NCBI GenBank assembly: GCA_963663945.1
Contig: OY760687.1
Span: 266,765 to 330,764 of the forward strand
Reading direction: 5' to 3'
DNA: 64,000 nt
From: Dehalococcoidia bacterium
GTDB lineage: Bacteria; Chloroflexota; Dehalococcoidia; Lucifugimonadales; UBA3495
Under the pieces are notes generated by a model. That model searched no databases. It saw nothing but the letters and a program-made list of their open reading frames with translations, and was not told where the DNA came from. A program made the translations under genes and the position numbers. Positions 1 to 9,506 of this stretch are shown here, piece by piece; the stretch's first letter is position 1, and each line of letters opens with the position of its first letter.

Positions 1-386
1 TGGCGCTGCGCCCAGGCAAGCCGGCCATCCTGGGTCTGTGCGACGGCAAACCGGTCATCGGACTGCCGGGTAACCCGGTGTCGGCGATGGTCGTGAGCAG
101 CCTGGTGGTGCGGCCAACGGTGTACCGGCTCATGGGCTGTGCCCGCCCGCCGTCACCATCCGAACGCGGGGCGGTACTGGCGCAGGACATCCCATCCGCC
201 GCCGGGCGCGAAGATTATGTGCCAGTGCGATTGGTTAAAGGCGAGAATGGCACGGAGGAAGCCCATCCGGTGTGGGGCAAGAGCGGGTTGATATTCACCC
301 TGGTCAGGGCGGATGGCCTGGTGAGAGTACCGGCGGACGCGGGCGGGATCTACGCCGGCGAAACGGTATGGGTACGGGAGTTGTGA
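1..386 (+). CDS. moeA: Molybdopterin molybdotransferase MoeA, C-terminal part (5' truncated by window)
   Basis: Frame open from nt 3: ALRPGKP...VIGLPGNPVSA and C-terminal SGLIFTLVRADGLVRVP, typical of MoeA domains III-IV. Confidence 0.9.
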   Translation, partial: ALRPGKPAILGLCDGKPVIGLPGNPVSAMVVSSLVVRPTVYRLMGCARPPSPSERGAVLAQDIPSAAGREDYVPVRLVKGENGTEEAHPVWGKSGLIFTLVRADGLVRVPADAGGIYAGETVWVREL

Positions 387-390
387 ACTC

Positions 391-2352
391 ATGGAGGACT
401 CAACACCACACCGGTCACACCGTCGCTACTTCCTGCAGGACATTCCCCTGGAAGAGGCGACGGCCCGCTGGTTCGGCGCCCTGAGCGAGGCCGGCGCCCT
501 GGCAGCGATGCCCGGCGAGGATGCGGCGCTGACCGCTCCCGACATCGTGGGCCGGATCACCGCCTGGCCGGTGTGGGCCGTTGCGTCGTCGCCGCACTAT
601 GACGCCGCCGCCATGGACGGCATCGCGGTGCGGGCGGCTGACACTGTCGGAGCCACCGAGACCCGACCCGTGGCCCTGGAAGTGGGCAGTCAGGCCGTGT
701 GGGTCGACACCGGAGACCCCATGCCGGCGGGCACGGATGCGGTGGTGATGATCGAGCACGTGCAGCGGGATCCCGCTGACCCGGGCACGGTGCGGGTGTC
801 CGACCCGGTGGCGCCGTGGCAGCACGTACGCCCGCTGGGCGAAGACATCGTGGCCACCGAGTTGGTGCTGCCGGAAAACCACCGCATCACCCCCGCGGAC
901 CTGGGAGCCTGCGCCGCGGCCGGGCTCACCACCGTTCCGGTGCGCCGCCGGCCCCGGGTCACGATCATTCCCACCGGGGATGAATTGGCTCCCATCGGCG
1001 CGCCGAGAAGACCGGGCGACATTCCGGAGTTCAACTCCCTGATCCTCGCTGCGCTGATCCGCCAGTGGGGCGGCGAACCGGTGGTGCGCCAACCGGCGCC
1101 GGACGACTTTGACGCCATTCGCGAAGCGGTTGTCGAGGGTCTGGCATCCTCGGACGTGGTGGCGATCAACGCCGGCTCCTCCGCCGGCGACGCCGACTAC
1201 ACCGCTTCGGTCATCGAATCGCTGGGGACGCTGCAGGTGCATGGCATCGCCGTGCGGCCCGGCCATCCGGTGGCGTTGGGTCTGGCGTCGGGCAAGGCGG
1301 TGATGGGAGTCCCGGGATACCCGGTGTCGGCGGCCCTGACCGCTGAGCTTTTGCTGCTGCCATTGCTGGAACGGCTGCTGGGCTCGTCGATGCCAGCACG
1401 AACGCGCATCAGCGCCAACATGACCCGCAAGGCGGTCTCGCCCACGGGTGAGGACGAGTTCCTGCGCGTCGCGGTGGGACGGGTTGGAGACAAGATGATT
1501 GCGACGCCGGTGCAGCGCGGCGCCGGCGTGGTCATGTCCCTGGTGCGCGCCGACGGCATCGTCAGGATTCCCAGGCATACTGAAGGCGTGGACGCCGGCG
1601 CTGAGGTGGAAGTCGAACTGCTCCGCCCGCTGGAGGAGGTGGAGAACACCATCGTCGCCATCGGCAGCCACGACCTGGCGCTGGACCTCATGCGCAGTTT
1701 CCTGAGTCGCGGAAACCCGTCGGTGAACCTGGCATCGGCCCACGTGGGCAGCCTGGGCGGGTTGCTGGCGCTGCGGCGGGGTGAAGCTCACGTCGCGGGC
1801 TGCCACCTGCTGGACACGGAGACCGGCGAGTACAATACGTCCTACGTCCGCCGTTACTTGCCGGATACCCCCGTCGCCATCGTTCGTCTCGTGGGACGCA
1901 CGCAGGGCCTGATGACCGCCCCGGGGAACCCGCTGAACATTGCGAGCCTGGAGGACCTGCTGCGGCCGGAGGTACGGTTCGTAAACCGCCAACGGGGCTC
2001 GGGCACCCGGGTGCTGCTGGATTACCGGCTCCAGCAGATGGGGGCGACGGCCGATGAAATCGTCGGCTACCAGCGCGAGGAGTACAGCCACCTGGCGGTG
2101 GCGGCGGCGGTGTCGGGCGGGTCGGCCGACACCGGGTTGGGGGTGCTGTCAGCGGCCCGCGCCCTGGAGCTGGAGTTCGTGCCCCTGCTGAATGAGGAGT
2201 ATGACCTGATCATCCCCACGGAACACTGCGAAAGCGGTCACCTCCAGCCGCTGCTGGACCTGCTCGGCGCGCCCGATTTCCGGCTGGCGGTGGACGACCT
2301 TGGCGGGTACGATGTTTCGCGAATGGGCGAACTGCGGGCGATGCTGCCGTGA
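391..2352 (+). CDS. moeA: MoeA fused to a C-terminal periplasmic-binding-like (PBP) domain
   Basis: AAMDGIAV, TGDPMP, IIPTGDEL, VRPGHP, GVPGYPVSA; C-terminal GSHDLALD, GSLGGL, FVNRQRGSGTRVLLD. Confidence 0.92.
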   Translation: MEDSTPHRSHRRYFLQDIPLEEATARWFGALSEAGALAAMPGEDAALTAPDIVGRITAWPVWAVASSPHYDAAAMDGIAVRAADTVGATETRPVALEVGSQAVWVDTGDPMPAGTDAVVMIEHVQRDPADPGTVRVSDPVAPWQHVRPLGEDIVATELVLPENHRITPADLGACAAAGLTTVPVRRRPRVTIIPTGDELAPIGAPRRPGDIPEFNSLILAALIRQWGGEPVVRQPAPDDFDAIREAVVEGLASSDVVAINAGSSAGDADYTASVIESLGTLQVHGIAVRPGHPVALGLASGKAVMGVPGYPVSAALTAELLLLPLLERLLGSSMPARTRISANMTRKAVSPTGEDEFLRVAVGRVGDKMIATPVQRGAGVVMSLVRADGIVRIPRHTEGVDAGAEVEVELLRPLEEVENTIVAIGSHDLALDLMRSFLSRGNPSVNLASAHVGSLGGLLALRRGEAHVAGCHLLDTETGEYNTSYVRRYLPDTPVAIVRLVGRTQGLMTAPGNPLNIASLEDLLRPEVRFVNRQRGSGTRVLLDYRLQQMGATADEIVGYQREEYSHLAVAAAVSGGSADTGLGVLSAARALELEFVPLLNEEYDLIIPTEHCESGHLQPLLDLLGAPDFRLAVDDLGGYDVSRMGELRAMLP

Positions 2353-2876
2353 CCAGCAATCCCAACCAGAGCATCGCCCGCCGGTCCGCCGAACTGGACG
2401 CCCAGCTCGCGGCCAACGGCGGCGACCACAGCGATACCCTGCGCGCCCAGCACCGGCTGGCCCACGCCTATCGCGCCGCCCGCTGGTTCGACGAGGCGCT
2501 GCATTGGTTTGACCGCGCCGCAGAGGGCAGCGCGCGGGTGCATGGGCCGGATCACCTCGAAACGCTGCGCTACCGGAGCAGCCTGGCCAATTGCCACTAC
2601 GCCGCCGGGCACACCGACGTGGCCATCGAGATGTTCGGCGACCTGTTCGACGCGCGCCGTGCCGCGTTGGGCGAGGATCATCCCGATACGTTGCGCAGCC
2701 GGGGGAGCCTGGCCAACGCGCTGCACGCGGTAGGTCGCTACGACGAGGCGGCCACGCTGCATCTGCGCAACGCCGGCGACCGGGCAGAGACCCTGGGCCG
2801 CCAGCATCCCTCCACCGAGGCCAGCCTCCGCAACCTGGCGCGAGCCGTCCAGGACGCCGGCGCGGACACGACCTGA
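2349..2876 (+). CDS. Tetratricopeptide repeat protein (kinesin light chain-like ~42-aa repeats)
   Basis: Repeats GGDHSDTL / GPDHLETL / GEDHPDTL / GRQHPSTE each followed by xLA; GTGA overlap with upstream gene. Confidence 0.85.
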   Translation: MTSNPNQSIARRSAELDAQLAANGGDHSDTLRAQHRLAHAYRAARWFDEALHWFDRAAEGSARVHGPDHLETLRYRSSLANCHYAAGHTDVAIEMFGDLFDARRAALGEDHPDTLRSRGSLANALHAVGRYDEAATLHLRNAGDRAETLGRQHPSTEASLRNLARAVQDAGADTT

Positions 2877-2878
2877 CC

Positions 2879-4201
2879 TTGGCCAACGAGGAAGCAGCCA
2901 GCGGGTTATCCGATCCGGAACGGCCGGGTTCCGAAGCCACGACCTCGCTACACGCCTGGTCGGTCCTGCTGCTGAACCGGACCCACCAGAGCACGGTGGT
3001 GCTGTCATCCTACGGGCTCGGGTTGTTTCTTCCCTTTGTGCAGGCGGACCTGGATCTCAGCTACCTGGAGATCGGCGTTCTGCAGGCCGTCTGGTGGGGC
3101 ACGCCGGCGGTTCTGCTGGTGCCCTTCAGCCTGCTGTTCGCCCGGTTCAATCCGAACCGACGGGTGCTGGTCGCGCTGGCGCTCATGGCGCCCTGCCTGT
3201 TCAGCCAGGGCCTGGCCATCGGGTTCTGGACGCTGCTGGCGTCGCGGTTCCTGACGGTGCTGGTCCATGCGTCGATGGCGCCGGCGAGGCCGCTCCTGCT
3301 GCGCTGGTGGGCCGCTCCGCGCCAGTACTCCACGGTGAGCTCCCTGGGATTGTCGATGCACTCCACCTTCATGGCGGCGGCCCTCACCTTCGGGCCCATG
3401 ATCATCGTGGTATTGGACAGCTGGCGGCTGGCCTACTTCGTCCAGGGCGCGCTGATGGCCGGGCATCTGCTGGTGTGGGCGGCGCTGACGTGGGGTGCTA
3501 GAGAACCGGCCCAGGGCCCGGAGGATGCGGTCGCAGCCGCGCCGGCGTCGAATGATCCCGCAGACGGCGCAGTGGAAGAGCAAAGCGCCCGGCCGCCGCT
3601 GGTCCGCTCGCTGGTGGCTTATCCCCACGCCTGGCTGCTGGGCGTGGTCATGCTGTGGCTGTCGGCGTCGTGGACCACGGTGCTGACCTTCCTGCCCACG
3701 ATCCTGGAGGCGCACCGGGGCATCGCCATCACATCGGGCAGCGTGCTGTTCGGGTTCCTGTACTACGTGCTGATCCCGGGAGCGCTGGCGGGAAGCTGGA
3801 TATTCAATCGCATCACCAACCGGCGGCTGATGGTGCTGCTGCCGGCGGCGCTGAACCTGGTGGCCACGGTGGTCGCCGTGCTGGCCGGCAACGTCGTGAT
3901 CGCCGCGCTGGCTCTGACCGGGTTGGGCATTGCCTGGATATTCGTACCGGCCATGGAGATCCTGCCCTTCGAGTTCAGGAACATCCGGACGCGGGAGGTG
4001 TCGGTGCTGTCAGGGTTGGTGCAGACCTTCGGCGCGGTGGGTTTCGGCGCCGGACCGGTGATCGCCGGGGCATTGGCCCAGATGACCGGCTCGCTGGTCA
4101 CGGGGGTCCTGGCCGTGGCGCTGATGACCGCCGTGGCAGTGGTCGCGGCGGCGCTGTTGCCTCGCAGCTTTGGCGGTGAGGCGGCTCTCCGCAGCAACTG
4201 A
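2879..4201 (+). CDS. MFS transporter
   Basis: About 12 hydrophobic segments in two halves with a hydrophilic linker; start placed at TTG just after the TPR stop (uncertain). Confidence 0.8.
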   Translation: MANEEAASGLSDPERPGSEATTSLHAWSVLLLNRTHQSTVVLSSYGLGLFLPFVQADLDLSYLEIGVLQAVWWGTPAVLLVPFSLLFARFNPNRRVLVALALMAPCLFSQGLAIGFWTLLASRFLTVLVHASMAPARPLLLRWWAAPRQYSTVSSLGLSMHSTFMAAALTFGPMIIVVLDSWRLAYFVQGALMAGHLLVWAALTWGAREPAQGPEDAVAAAPASNDPADGAVEEQSARPPLVRSLVAYPHAWLLGVVMLWLSASWTTVLTFLPTILEAHRGIAITSGSVLFGFLYYVLIPGALAGSWIFNRITNRRLMVLLPAALNLVATVVAVLAGNVVIAALALTGLGIAWIFVPAMEILPFEFRNIRTREVSVLSGLVQTFGAVGFGAGPVIAGALAQMTGSLVTGVLAVALMTAVAVVAAALLPRSFGGEAALRSN

Positions 4202-4242
4202 GTTTGACGTGTTTGTGGCAGTATTTGATTGGAGGTGGTGGA

Positions 4243-4881
4243 ATGGCAACACATTTCACGGATGACGAAATCGACGCACTTGGCGAACGGCTGCGGCAGA
4301 GTTGGTCTGCCACAGACCGGGAAACTTTTCGAGACTACCAGAGCAAATTGGATGAGCTCCGTCGCAGCTTGGAGGCGGAGCTGCATTTGCTGGCGCCCAA
4401 TGCAGAAATCGCCTCCCGTACGAAACGGTTTGAAACTGTGGCGGCGAAGCTGCGACGGCGGCCAGACCTGTCTTTATCGCAAGTCACCGACCTCGCCGGT
4501 TGCCGCATCATCGTGTCCGGCAGGCTTGAGCAAGAGGCAATTGTGGGAGATCTACAGCAAGCCTATGATGTTCAGCAGACGGACGACAAAAGCGCCAGTC
4601 CCAAGTTCGGCTACCGAGCCGTTCACTTGGACATTCGCTATCACGGCCAACTAATGGAAATTCAGGTGCAGACCCGCAACCAGTTCCGCTGGCAGCAGGT
4701 TTCCGAACGGGCAGCCGGGTATGACATATCCATCAAGTACGGCGGAGGCCGTCCGGAAGTAATCCAAGCACTGCTGGAGCTGTCGGAATTGGCATACCGG
4801 TGCGATCTGGACAACGTTGAACTGCCCGAAACCGCGGTCGCGCAAGCTATTGACGTGATAGCATTGGCCTATTCCGACTGA
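4243..4881 (+). CDS. Small alarmone synthetase-like RelA/SpoT domain protein (PhRel/CapRel-like toxSAS candidate)
   Basis: RTKRFETVAAKLRR, DLAGCRI, GYRAVH, EIQVQT motifs; GGAGG RBS before ATG 4243. Confidence 0.85.
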   Translation: MATHFTDDEIDALGERLRQSWSATDRETFRDYQSKLDELRRSLEAELHLLAPNAEIASRTKRFETVAAKLRRRPDLSLSQVTDLAGCRIIVSGRLEQEAIVGDLQQAYDVQQTDDKSASPKFGYRAVHLDIRYHGQLMEIQVQTRNQFRWQQVSERAAGYDISIKYGGGRPEVIQALLELSELAYRCDLDNVELPETAVAQAIDVIALAYSD

Positions 4882-4912
4882 TCCGGCCGGGCCTTGCAAA
4901 GGAGACACCCGA

Positions 4913-5269
4913 ATGAGCGCTAACTTTCTGATCGAGCATGACCGGCACGGCAAAATCCCCACCAGAATCACGGTTTACGAAGATATTTGCCAGGCCAACG
5001 AGCGTCTATACCGGCTGGAAGATGAGCAAATGGACGAGCTCAATGCCTGCCTCAAAGCCGGCAAGCCTGTCCGAATGGAATATGTTGTCCTTGGGGGCGA
5101 GTCCGTGGAATCCATCAAGCGTACTCATGGTCGTTATTTCGGCGGTGAGTATGAAGTGGTCGTACCAAAGGAAGTTCATTACATAGCCACCTGGCAGGAG
5201 AAGCTGCACTGGACGCCGCAAGAACGTCGAGCCGCGGAGTCCAAATCGTTCGCCCGCGCCATCAGCTGA
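4913..5269 (+). CDS. Putative antitoxin resembling the CapRel C-terminal/ATphRel domain
   Basis: FLIEHDR...YVVLGGESVESIKRTHGRYF parallels the VLV..S...L+.AYPNYF ending of CapRel proteins; GGAG RBS; directly after the SAS. Confidence 0.6.
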   Translation: MSANFLIEHDRHGKIPTRITVYEDICQANERLYRLEDEQMDELNACLKAGKPVRMEYVVLGGESVESIKRTHGRYFGGEYEVVVPKEVHYIATWQEKLHWTPQERRAAESKSFARAIS

Positions 5270-5288
5270 GTCTGAACTGGATTGTGAT

Positions 5289-6680
5289 ATGACCACCGGC
5301 GTCAGCGTTAACCTGCACACCGCGCCGGCCGATGCCGGCGACGGGGCGATCCTGTCCAACCTGCTGATGTTCGGCGAGGTGCTCCGCCGCCTGGGGCTGG
5401 ACGTGGGCTCCGGGAACATGCTGGACCTGGTGCGCGCCACCGAGTTTGTGCCCATCGGCGGGAACCGCAACGACTTCCGCCTGGCAGCGCGGGCATTGCT
5501 GGTGCATCGTCGCAGCGACCTGGAGCTTTTCGACGAGGCGTTCCAGGTGTTCTGGAGGCGTCCGGCCCACGGACGAAGCATGCGCGACCTGCGCTCCATG
5601 GGTGAAGAACGCCGCTACCGCACCCCTCGGGTCATGCCGCATCGCGAGGACACCTCCGACGGGCCTCCTGGCGGCGACGACCCTGACGATGCCGGCGACC
5701 GTCAGCCGGTGGTGGACCTGCAGCGATCCTTCAGCGCGCGAGAGGTCTTGCGGCAGCGGGATTTCGCCGACTACACGCCAGCCGAGGTGTCGGCGGCGCG
5801 TGTCCTGATGTCCGAGTTGCAGTGGGACCTGGGCAGCCGTCGCACCCGAAGGCTTACGTGGGGTGATGGCCGCGACGTGGACCTGAGACGCACCATGCGC
5901 CGCAGCCTTTCCTACGGCGGCGAAATGCTGGACATCGCCCACCGCCGGCGCAAGAACAAGCCTCGGCCCCTGGTTCTGATCTGCGACGTCAGCGGCTCCA
6001 TGGAGCGTTACACCCGCATGCTGTTGCACTTCGTGCACACCGTCGCCGTTAGCGGGCAGCAATTGGAGGCGTTCCTGTTCGCCACGCGCCTGACCCGCAT
6101 CACCCGTCACCTGGAGCACCGCGGGGTGGACCGCGCGGTATCGGAGGTGGCCCGGGCCGTGCCCGACTGGGCCGGCGGCACCCGAATCGGCGATGCGATC
6201 AAGGCGTTCAACTACCGTTGGGCACGGCGCGTCCTGCGCGGCGGCGCGGTGGTCCTGGTCATTTCCGACGGGTGGGACCGGGGCGAACCGGACCTGCTGT
6301 CCCGCGAGATGGCGCGGCTGCAGCGCAGTTGCCATCGCCTGATCTGGCTGAACCCGCTGCTGGGGTCGCCGGGCTACGAGCCGCTGACCCGAGGGATGCA
6401 GGCGGCGCTGCCGTACATCGACGACTTTCTGCCGGCGCACAACCTGCACAGCCTGCAGGAACTGGCGGCTCACCTGAACCGGCTGACGGCGCGGCGCGCG
6501 CCCCCGACGGCACGACGCAGGTCGCCCACGGATGGCGACGAGGCGAACCAGCCGGAGGGTGGGACGACCCACGACGGCGGGGCGGCTGCCCGGTCACGCC
6601 GTGAGCTCAACCCGGCGTTGGCGCCGACCTTCCGGCATCCGCTGTGGGGTCACCCGAACATACCGGGCGGAGGCGGCTAG
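5289..6680 (+). CDS. CoxE-like VWA domain protein
   Basis: MIDAS motif DVSGSM, WAGGTRIG, VISDGWDRG, WLNPLLG. Confidence 0.88.
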   Translation: MTTGVSVNLHTAPADAGDGAILSNLLMFGEVLRRLGLDVGSGNMLDLVRATEFVPIGGNRNDFRLAARALLVHRRSDLELFDEAFQVFWRRPAHGRSMRDLRSMGEERRYRTPRVMPHREDTSDGPPGGDDPDDAGDRQPVVDLQRSFSAREVLRQRDFADYTPAEVSAARVLMSELQWDLGSRRTRRLTWGDGRDVDLRRTMRRSLSYGGEMLDIAHRRRKNKPRPLVLICDVSGSMERYTRMLLHFVHTVAVSGQQLEAFLFATRLTRITRHLEHRGVDRAVSEVARAVPDWAGGTRIGDAIKAFNYRWARRVLRGGAVVLVISDGWDRGEPDLLSREMARLQRSCHRLIWLNPLLGSPGYEPLTRGMQAALPYIDDFLPAHNLHSLQELAAHLNRLTARRAPPTARRRSPTDGDEANQPEGGTTHDGGAAARSRRELNPALAPTFRHPLWGHPNIPGGGG

Positions 6681-7057
6681 CCGGCCTGGCCGGGCGCGAT
6701 CTCGTTGTAGAGGCTGGCCAGGGTGGTGGCCAGCGCGCGGGGCCGTTCTTCGTACTCCGGTGTGGGGTACCACTCGTAGTCGAAGCTGCGCACGATGTTG
6801 CCCTCGATGCTGGTGCGCAGGCTGGACACGATGACGCGGAAGCCCAGGGCGTGGGTCGCCTGCTCGGCCAACTGCTCCAGCACGATGTTGGGGCAATCGA
6901 AAATCACCATGAACCCACCCTGTCGCTCGCCGTCGGTCACCCGGGCGCGAAACACGTTGCCGAACAGGTCGACGTCCACGATGGTATAACGGCGTTCGTC
7001 AGCGCCGTGATCGGGCCATCCGATGTAGATGTCGCCGCCGACGTTCCAATGGTGCAT
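6677..7057 (-). CDS. Hypothetical protein (126 aa)
   Basis: 3' part of ORF 6677..8008; GGAG RBS before ATG at 7057; protein-like composition; fills the gap between convergent/divergent genes. Confidence 0.7.
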   Translation of the reverse strand: MHHWNVGGDIYIGWPDHGADERRYTIVDVDLFGNVFRARVTDGERQGGFMVIFDCPNIVLEQLAEQATHALGFRVIVSSLRTSIEGNIVRSFDYEWYPTPEYEERPRALATTLASLYNEIAPGQAG

Positions 7058-7186
7058 GGATGGGTCTCCAATTGGCAGATGCGCAAGATCGTAACGGTGG
7101 CATGAAACCGATGCAAGGGAACGAGCGTATACACACGGCAAGAAGGGGTTGTACGCCCTCTGACCGTATGATAAGGTTCGCACGCC

Positions 7187-8185
7187 GTGTTTGCAGCACT
7201 GAATAAATTGCGTCAAACGCTGACCAGTTGGTACGTAGCCGGAGCCGCGGCCGTGATCCTCGGCCTGGTGATCGGAGGGGTGATATTTTTCTTCGTCGCC
7301 CCAGGCAAGCCATCGGTTGGCGTGATTAACATCCCGTTCACCGTTATCGATGAAGGGTCGACATTCGTCATCGGGCGGCATCTCGATTACGCCATGCAGG
7401 ACGACTCGATCAAAGCGGTGGTGATCTCCCTGTCCAGCCCGGGCGGGGGCGCGTCGTCCAGCGAGCGCCTGTACTTCCACACCAGCCGCCTGCGGGAAGA
7501 AAAACCGGTGGTCATCGTGATGAACGGTATGGTCGCCAGTGGCGGCTTCATGATGGCAATGGGCGGCAACTACATCTTCGCCCAGCCGTCCTCCCTGGTC
7601 GGCAACGTCGGTGTCGTCGGGATATCGGGCGGGACGCTGCCGCCGGTCTTTCCCGAAATTATCACGACCACCGGTCCGAACAAGCTGACCGGTGGCTCCA
7701 GGCAGCATTGGGTTGCCCTGATTGACGTGATCAAGGACCGGTTCGCAAAGATGGTGATCCATGAGCGGGGCGACCGTCTCCGCATTACCGAAGCACAATT
7801 GCTCGAAGGCAACCTCTACGCGGGACAGGATGCGGTGTCGCTGGGCCTGGCTGACGCCATCGGCTATACCGGCGACGGGGTCGAAAAGGCAGCCGAACTG
7901 GCCGGCATCGGAAGATACGGCATAGTCGACGTGAACGCGGAGGTCTTCGAGAAATACGGATGGCGCGCCCAGCTCGTGCATGCGCCTCAGAACGAACTCG
8001 CCGCGCATGATGCTGACGCGGCCGCCGAGTCCAGGTCGGGCCGCGACGGCGAAGCGCCCGAAGATCAGAACGGGCCGCCCCTGATGGGAGCCCTGGGTCA
8101 GGAACAGGTGAACCCACTATCGGAGTTGCCGATCGAGATCGGGCAGCCGAATATCTATTACCTGTATACGGGTTATGGCCACTAG
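7187..8185 (+). CDS. S49 family peptidase (SppA-like) with N-terminal membrane anchor
   Basis: SSPGG, KPVV, VASGGFMMA, GNVGV, GPNK motifs. Confidence 0.88.
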   Translation: MFAALNKLRQTLTSWYVAGAAAVILGLVIGGVIFFFVAPGKPSVGVINIPFTVIDEGSTFVIGRHLDYAMQDDSIKAVVISLSSPGGGASSSERLYFHTSRLREEKPVVIVMNGMVASGGFMMAMGGNYIFAQPSSLVGNVGVVGISGGTLPPVFPEIITTTGPNKLTGGSRQHWVALIDVIKDRFAKMVIHERGDRLRITEAQLLEGNLYAGQDAVSLGLADAIGYTGDGVEKAAELAGIGRYGIVDVNAEVFEKYGWRAQLVHAPQNELAAHDADAAAESRSGRDGEAPEDQNGPPLMGALGQEQVNPLSELPIEIGQPNIYYLYTGYGH

Positions 8186-9503
8186 ACTCGCGGGGATACT
8201 GATACTCCTGGTGGTCTTTGTCGGCGTGGCCTTCGCCGCGGCTTTTCTGGTTTTCTATCGCGGTAGCTACGCTGGTCCACCCAATGGGGAAATGGAATAT
8301 GCCCCGCCGGCCGTGGTCAGCGCCGCCGACGGCACGCAATGGACGCCGTCAGTCGGTGAACGAGCCGGCGGCCTCGTGCTGGTCGACACCCTCCACAGCA
8401 ATGGCTTCTCCTCCCGAGAAATCCTGACGCTGCGCACGCGGGTGGTCGCCCAGGGATACGATCTCGAGTTGCTCGGCAACTTCGCCCGCGTGTCGGTTGC
8501 GGAGCGTCGGACGCAGTTAGCCGAACGGTTGCGTGAAGCGGACAGCCTGGTGGTCATAACGCCGTTGCTCGCCTACTCGGCCGGAGAGGTTGACCTGATC
8601 GAAGATTTTGTGCGCAAGGGCGGAAAGCTGGTGATGGTCTCCGACCCCGGCCGGCGCGACCAGATGAACACCCTGGCCCAACGGTTTGGCGTGCAGTTCC
8701 GGCCGGACTACCTGTTCAACCAGGTCGAGAACAGCCAGAACTATCAGAACATATTCGTGCGCGATTTCCGGCCCGACGAGTTGACCGCAGGTCTGGACAC
8801 CGTCGTTCTGTATACCGCCGGGTCGATCACTTCTTCAGGGCCGGGTCTCGCCGTAGCGGACGCCAGCACCGAGTCTGTGGTTGCCGAAAACAACGGCGAT
8901 CTCTACGTGATGGCCCGGGCCGCCAACCGGAACGTCGTGGCCATTTCCGATTTCACCTTCATGATCCCGCCACAGGACTCCACCCTGGACAACGACCGCC
9001 TGCTGTCCAACATCATCGACTATGTCACCACCGGCGACCGTGTTTTTGATCTGGCCGACTTCCCGCACTTCTACCGGACCGGACCCGATGACGGCGTTCA
9101 GGTCCTGCTGGGCCGTCCGGATCTGCTCGGCAGCGGCGCGAAGCTGAAGAACGGTTTGGAGGAATATGGCATCTCCGCCGACATCCAGGGAACCGAAGAC
9201 GTGAGCCGGGATACGGTGTTCCTGGGCCTGCACGACGACGCGCTGCAGGTGCGACAATACCTCCAGGCCGCCGGCGTCCGGGTCGACGACATGGTGGGCA
9301 TGCCATTCGGCCTGGAACTGGACCCGGCGGGCACGGCGGTGACCGTGCTGGATCGTGAAGGGGGCCGGCACGTGTTGATACTGCTGGCGGACACCCCGGC
9401 CGTGCTGGACCGTGCGGTGACGCGTCTGTTGAGCGGCGGGTTCAGGTCTGATCTGGTCAGCGAAGTAACTGGAGTAAGCACTTCAGCGGGAGCGAGTAAG
9501 TAG
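8175..9503 (+). CDS. Membrane-anchored protein with GATase-like (DUF4350/GldG-like) domain
   Basis: N-terminal TM; VLVDTLHSN, FVRKGGKLVMVSDP, MNTLAQRFGV, DNDRLLSNII; overlaps upstream gene. Confidence 0.7.
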   Translation: MATRLAGILILLVVFVGVAFAAAFLVFYRGSYAGPPNGEMEYAPPAVVSAADGTQWTPSVGERAGGLVLVDTLHSNGFSSREILTLRTRVVAQGYDLELLGNFARVSVAERRTQLAERLREADSLVVITPLLAYSAGEVDLIEDFVRKGGKLVMVSDPGRRDQMNTLAQRFGVQFRPDYLFNQVENSQNYQNIFVRDFRPDELTAGLDTVVLYTAGSITSSGPGLAVADASTESVVAENNGDLYVMARAANRNVVAISDFTFMIPPQDSTLDNDRLLSNIIDYVTTGDRVFDLADFPHFYRTGPDDGVQVLLGRPDLLGSGAKLKNGLEEYGISADIQGTEDVSRDTVFLGLHDDALQVRQYLQAAGVRVDDMVGMPFGLELDPAGTAVTVLDREGGRHVLILLADTPAVLDRAVTRLLSGGFRSDLVSEVTGVSTSAGASK

Positions 9504-9506
9504 TAC

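Noticed and set aside
415-2091. Long antisense ORFs (also 5262-6572, 13710-15233, 21827-23149, 31026-32510, 60218-61678 and others)
   Set aside because: Shadow frames of well-supported genes, expected from GC-rich codon bias; no motifs.
2591-2878. N-terminal extension of the MFS ORF
   Set aside because: Arg-rich translation overlapping the TPR gene in another frame; start moved to 2879.
7058-8008. 443-aa minus ORF 6677..8008 as a full gene
   Set aside because: The upstream two thirds is antisense to the S49 peptidase; only the part from ATG 7057 has an RBS and protein-like sequence.
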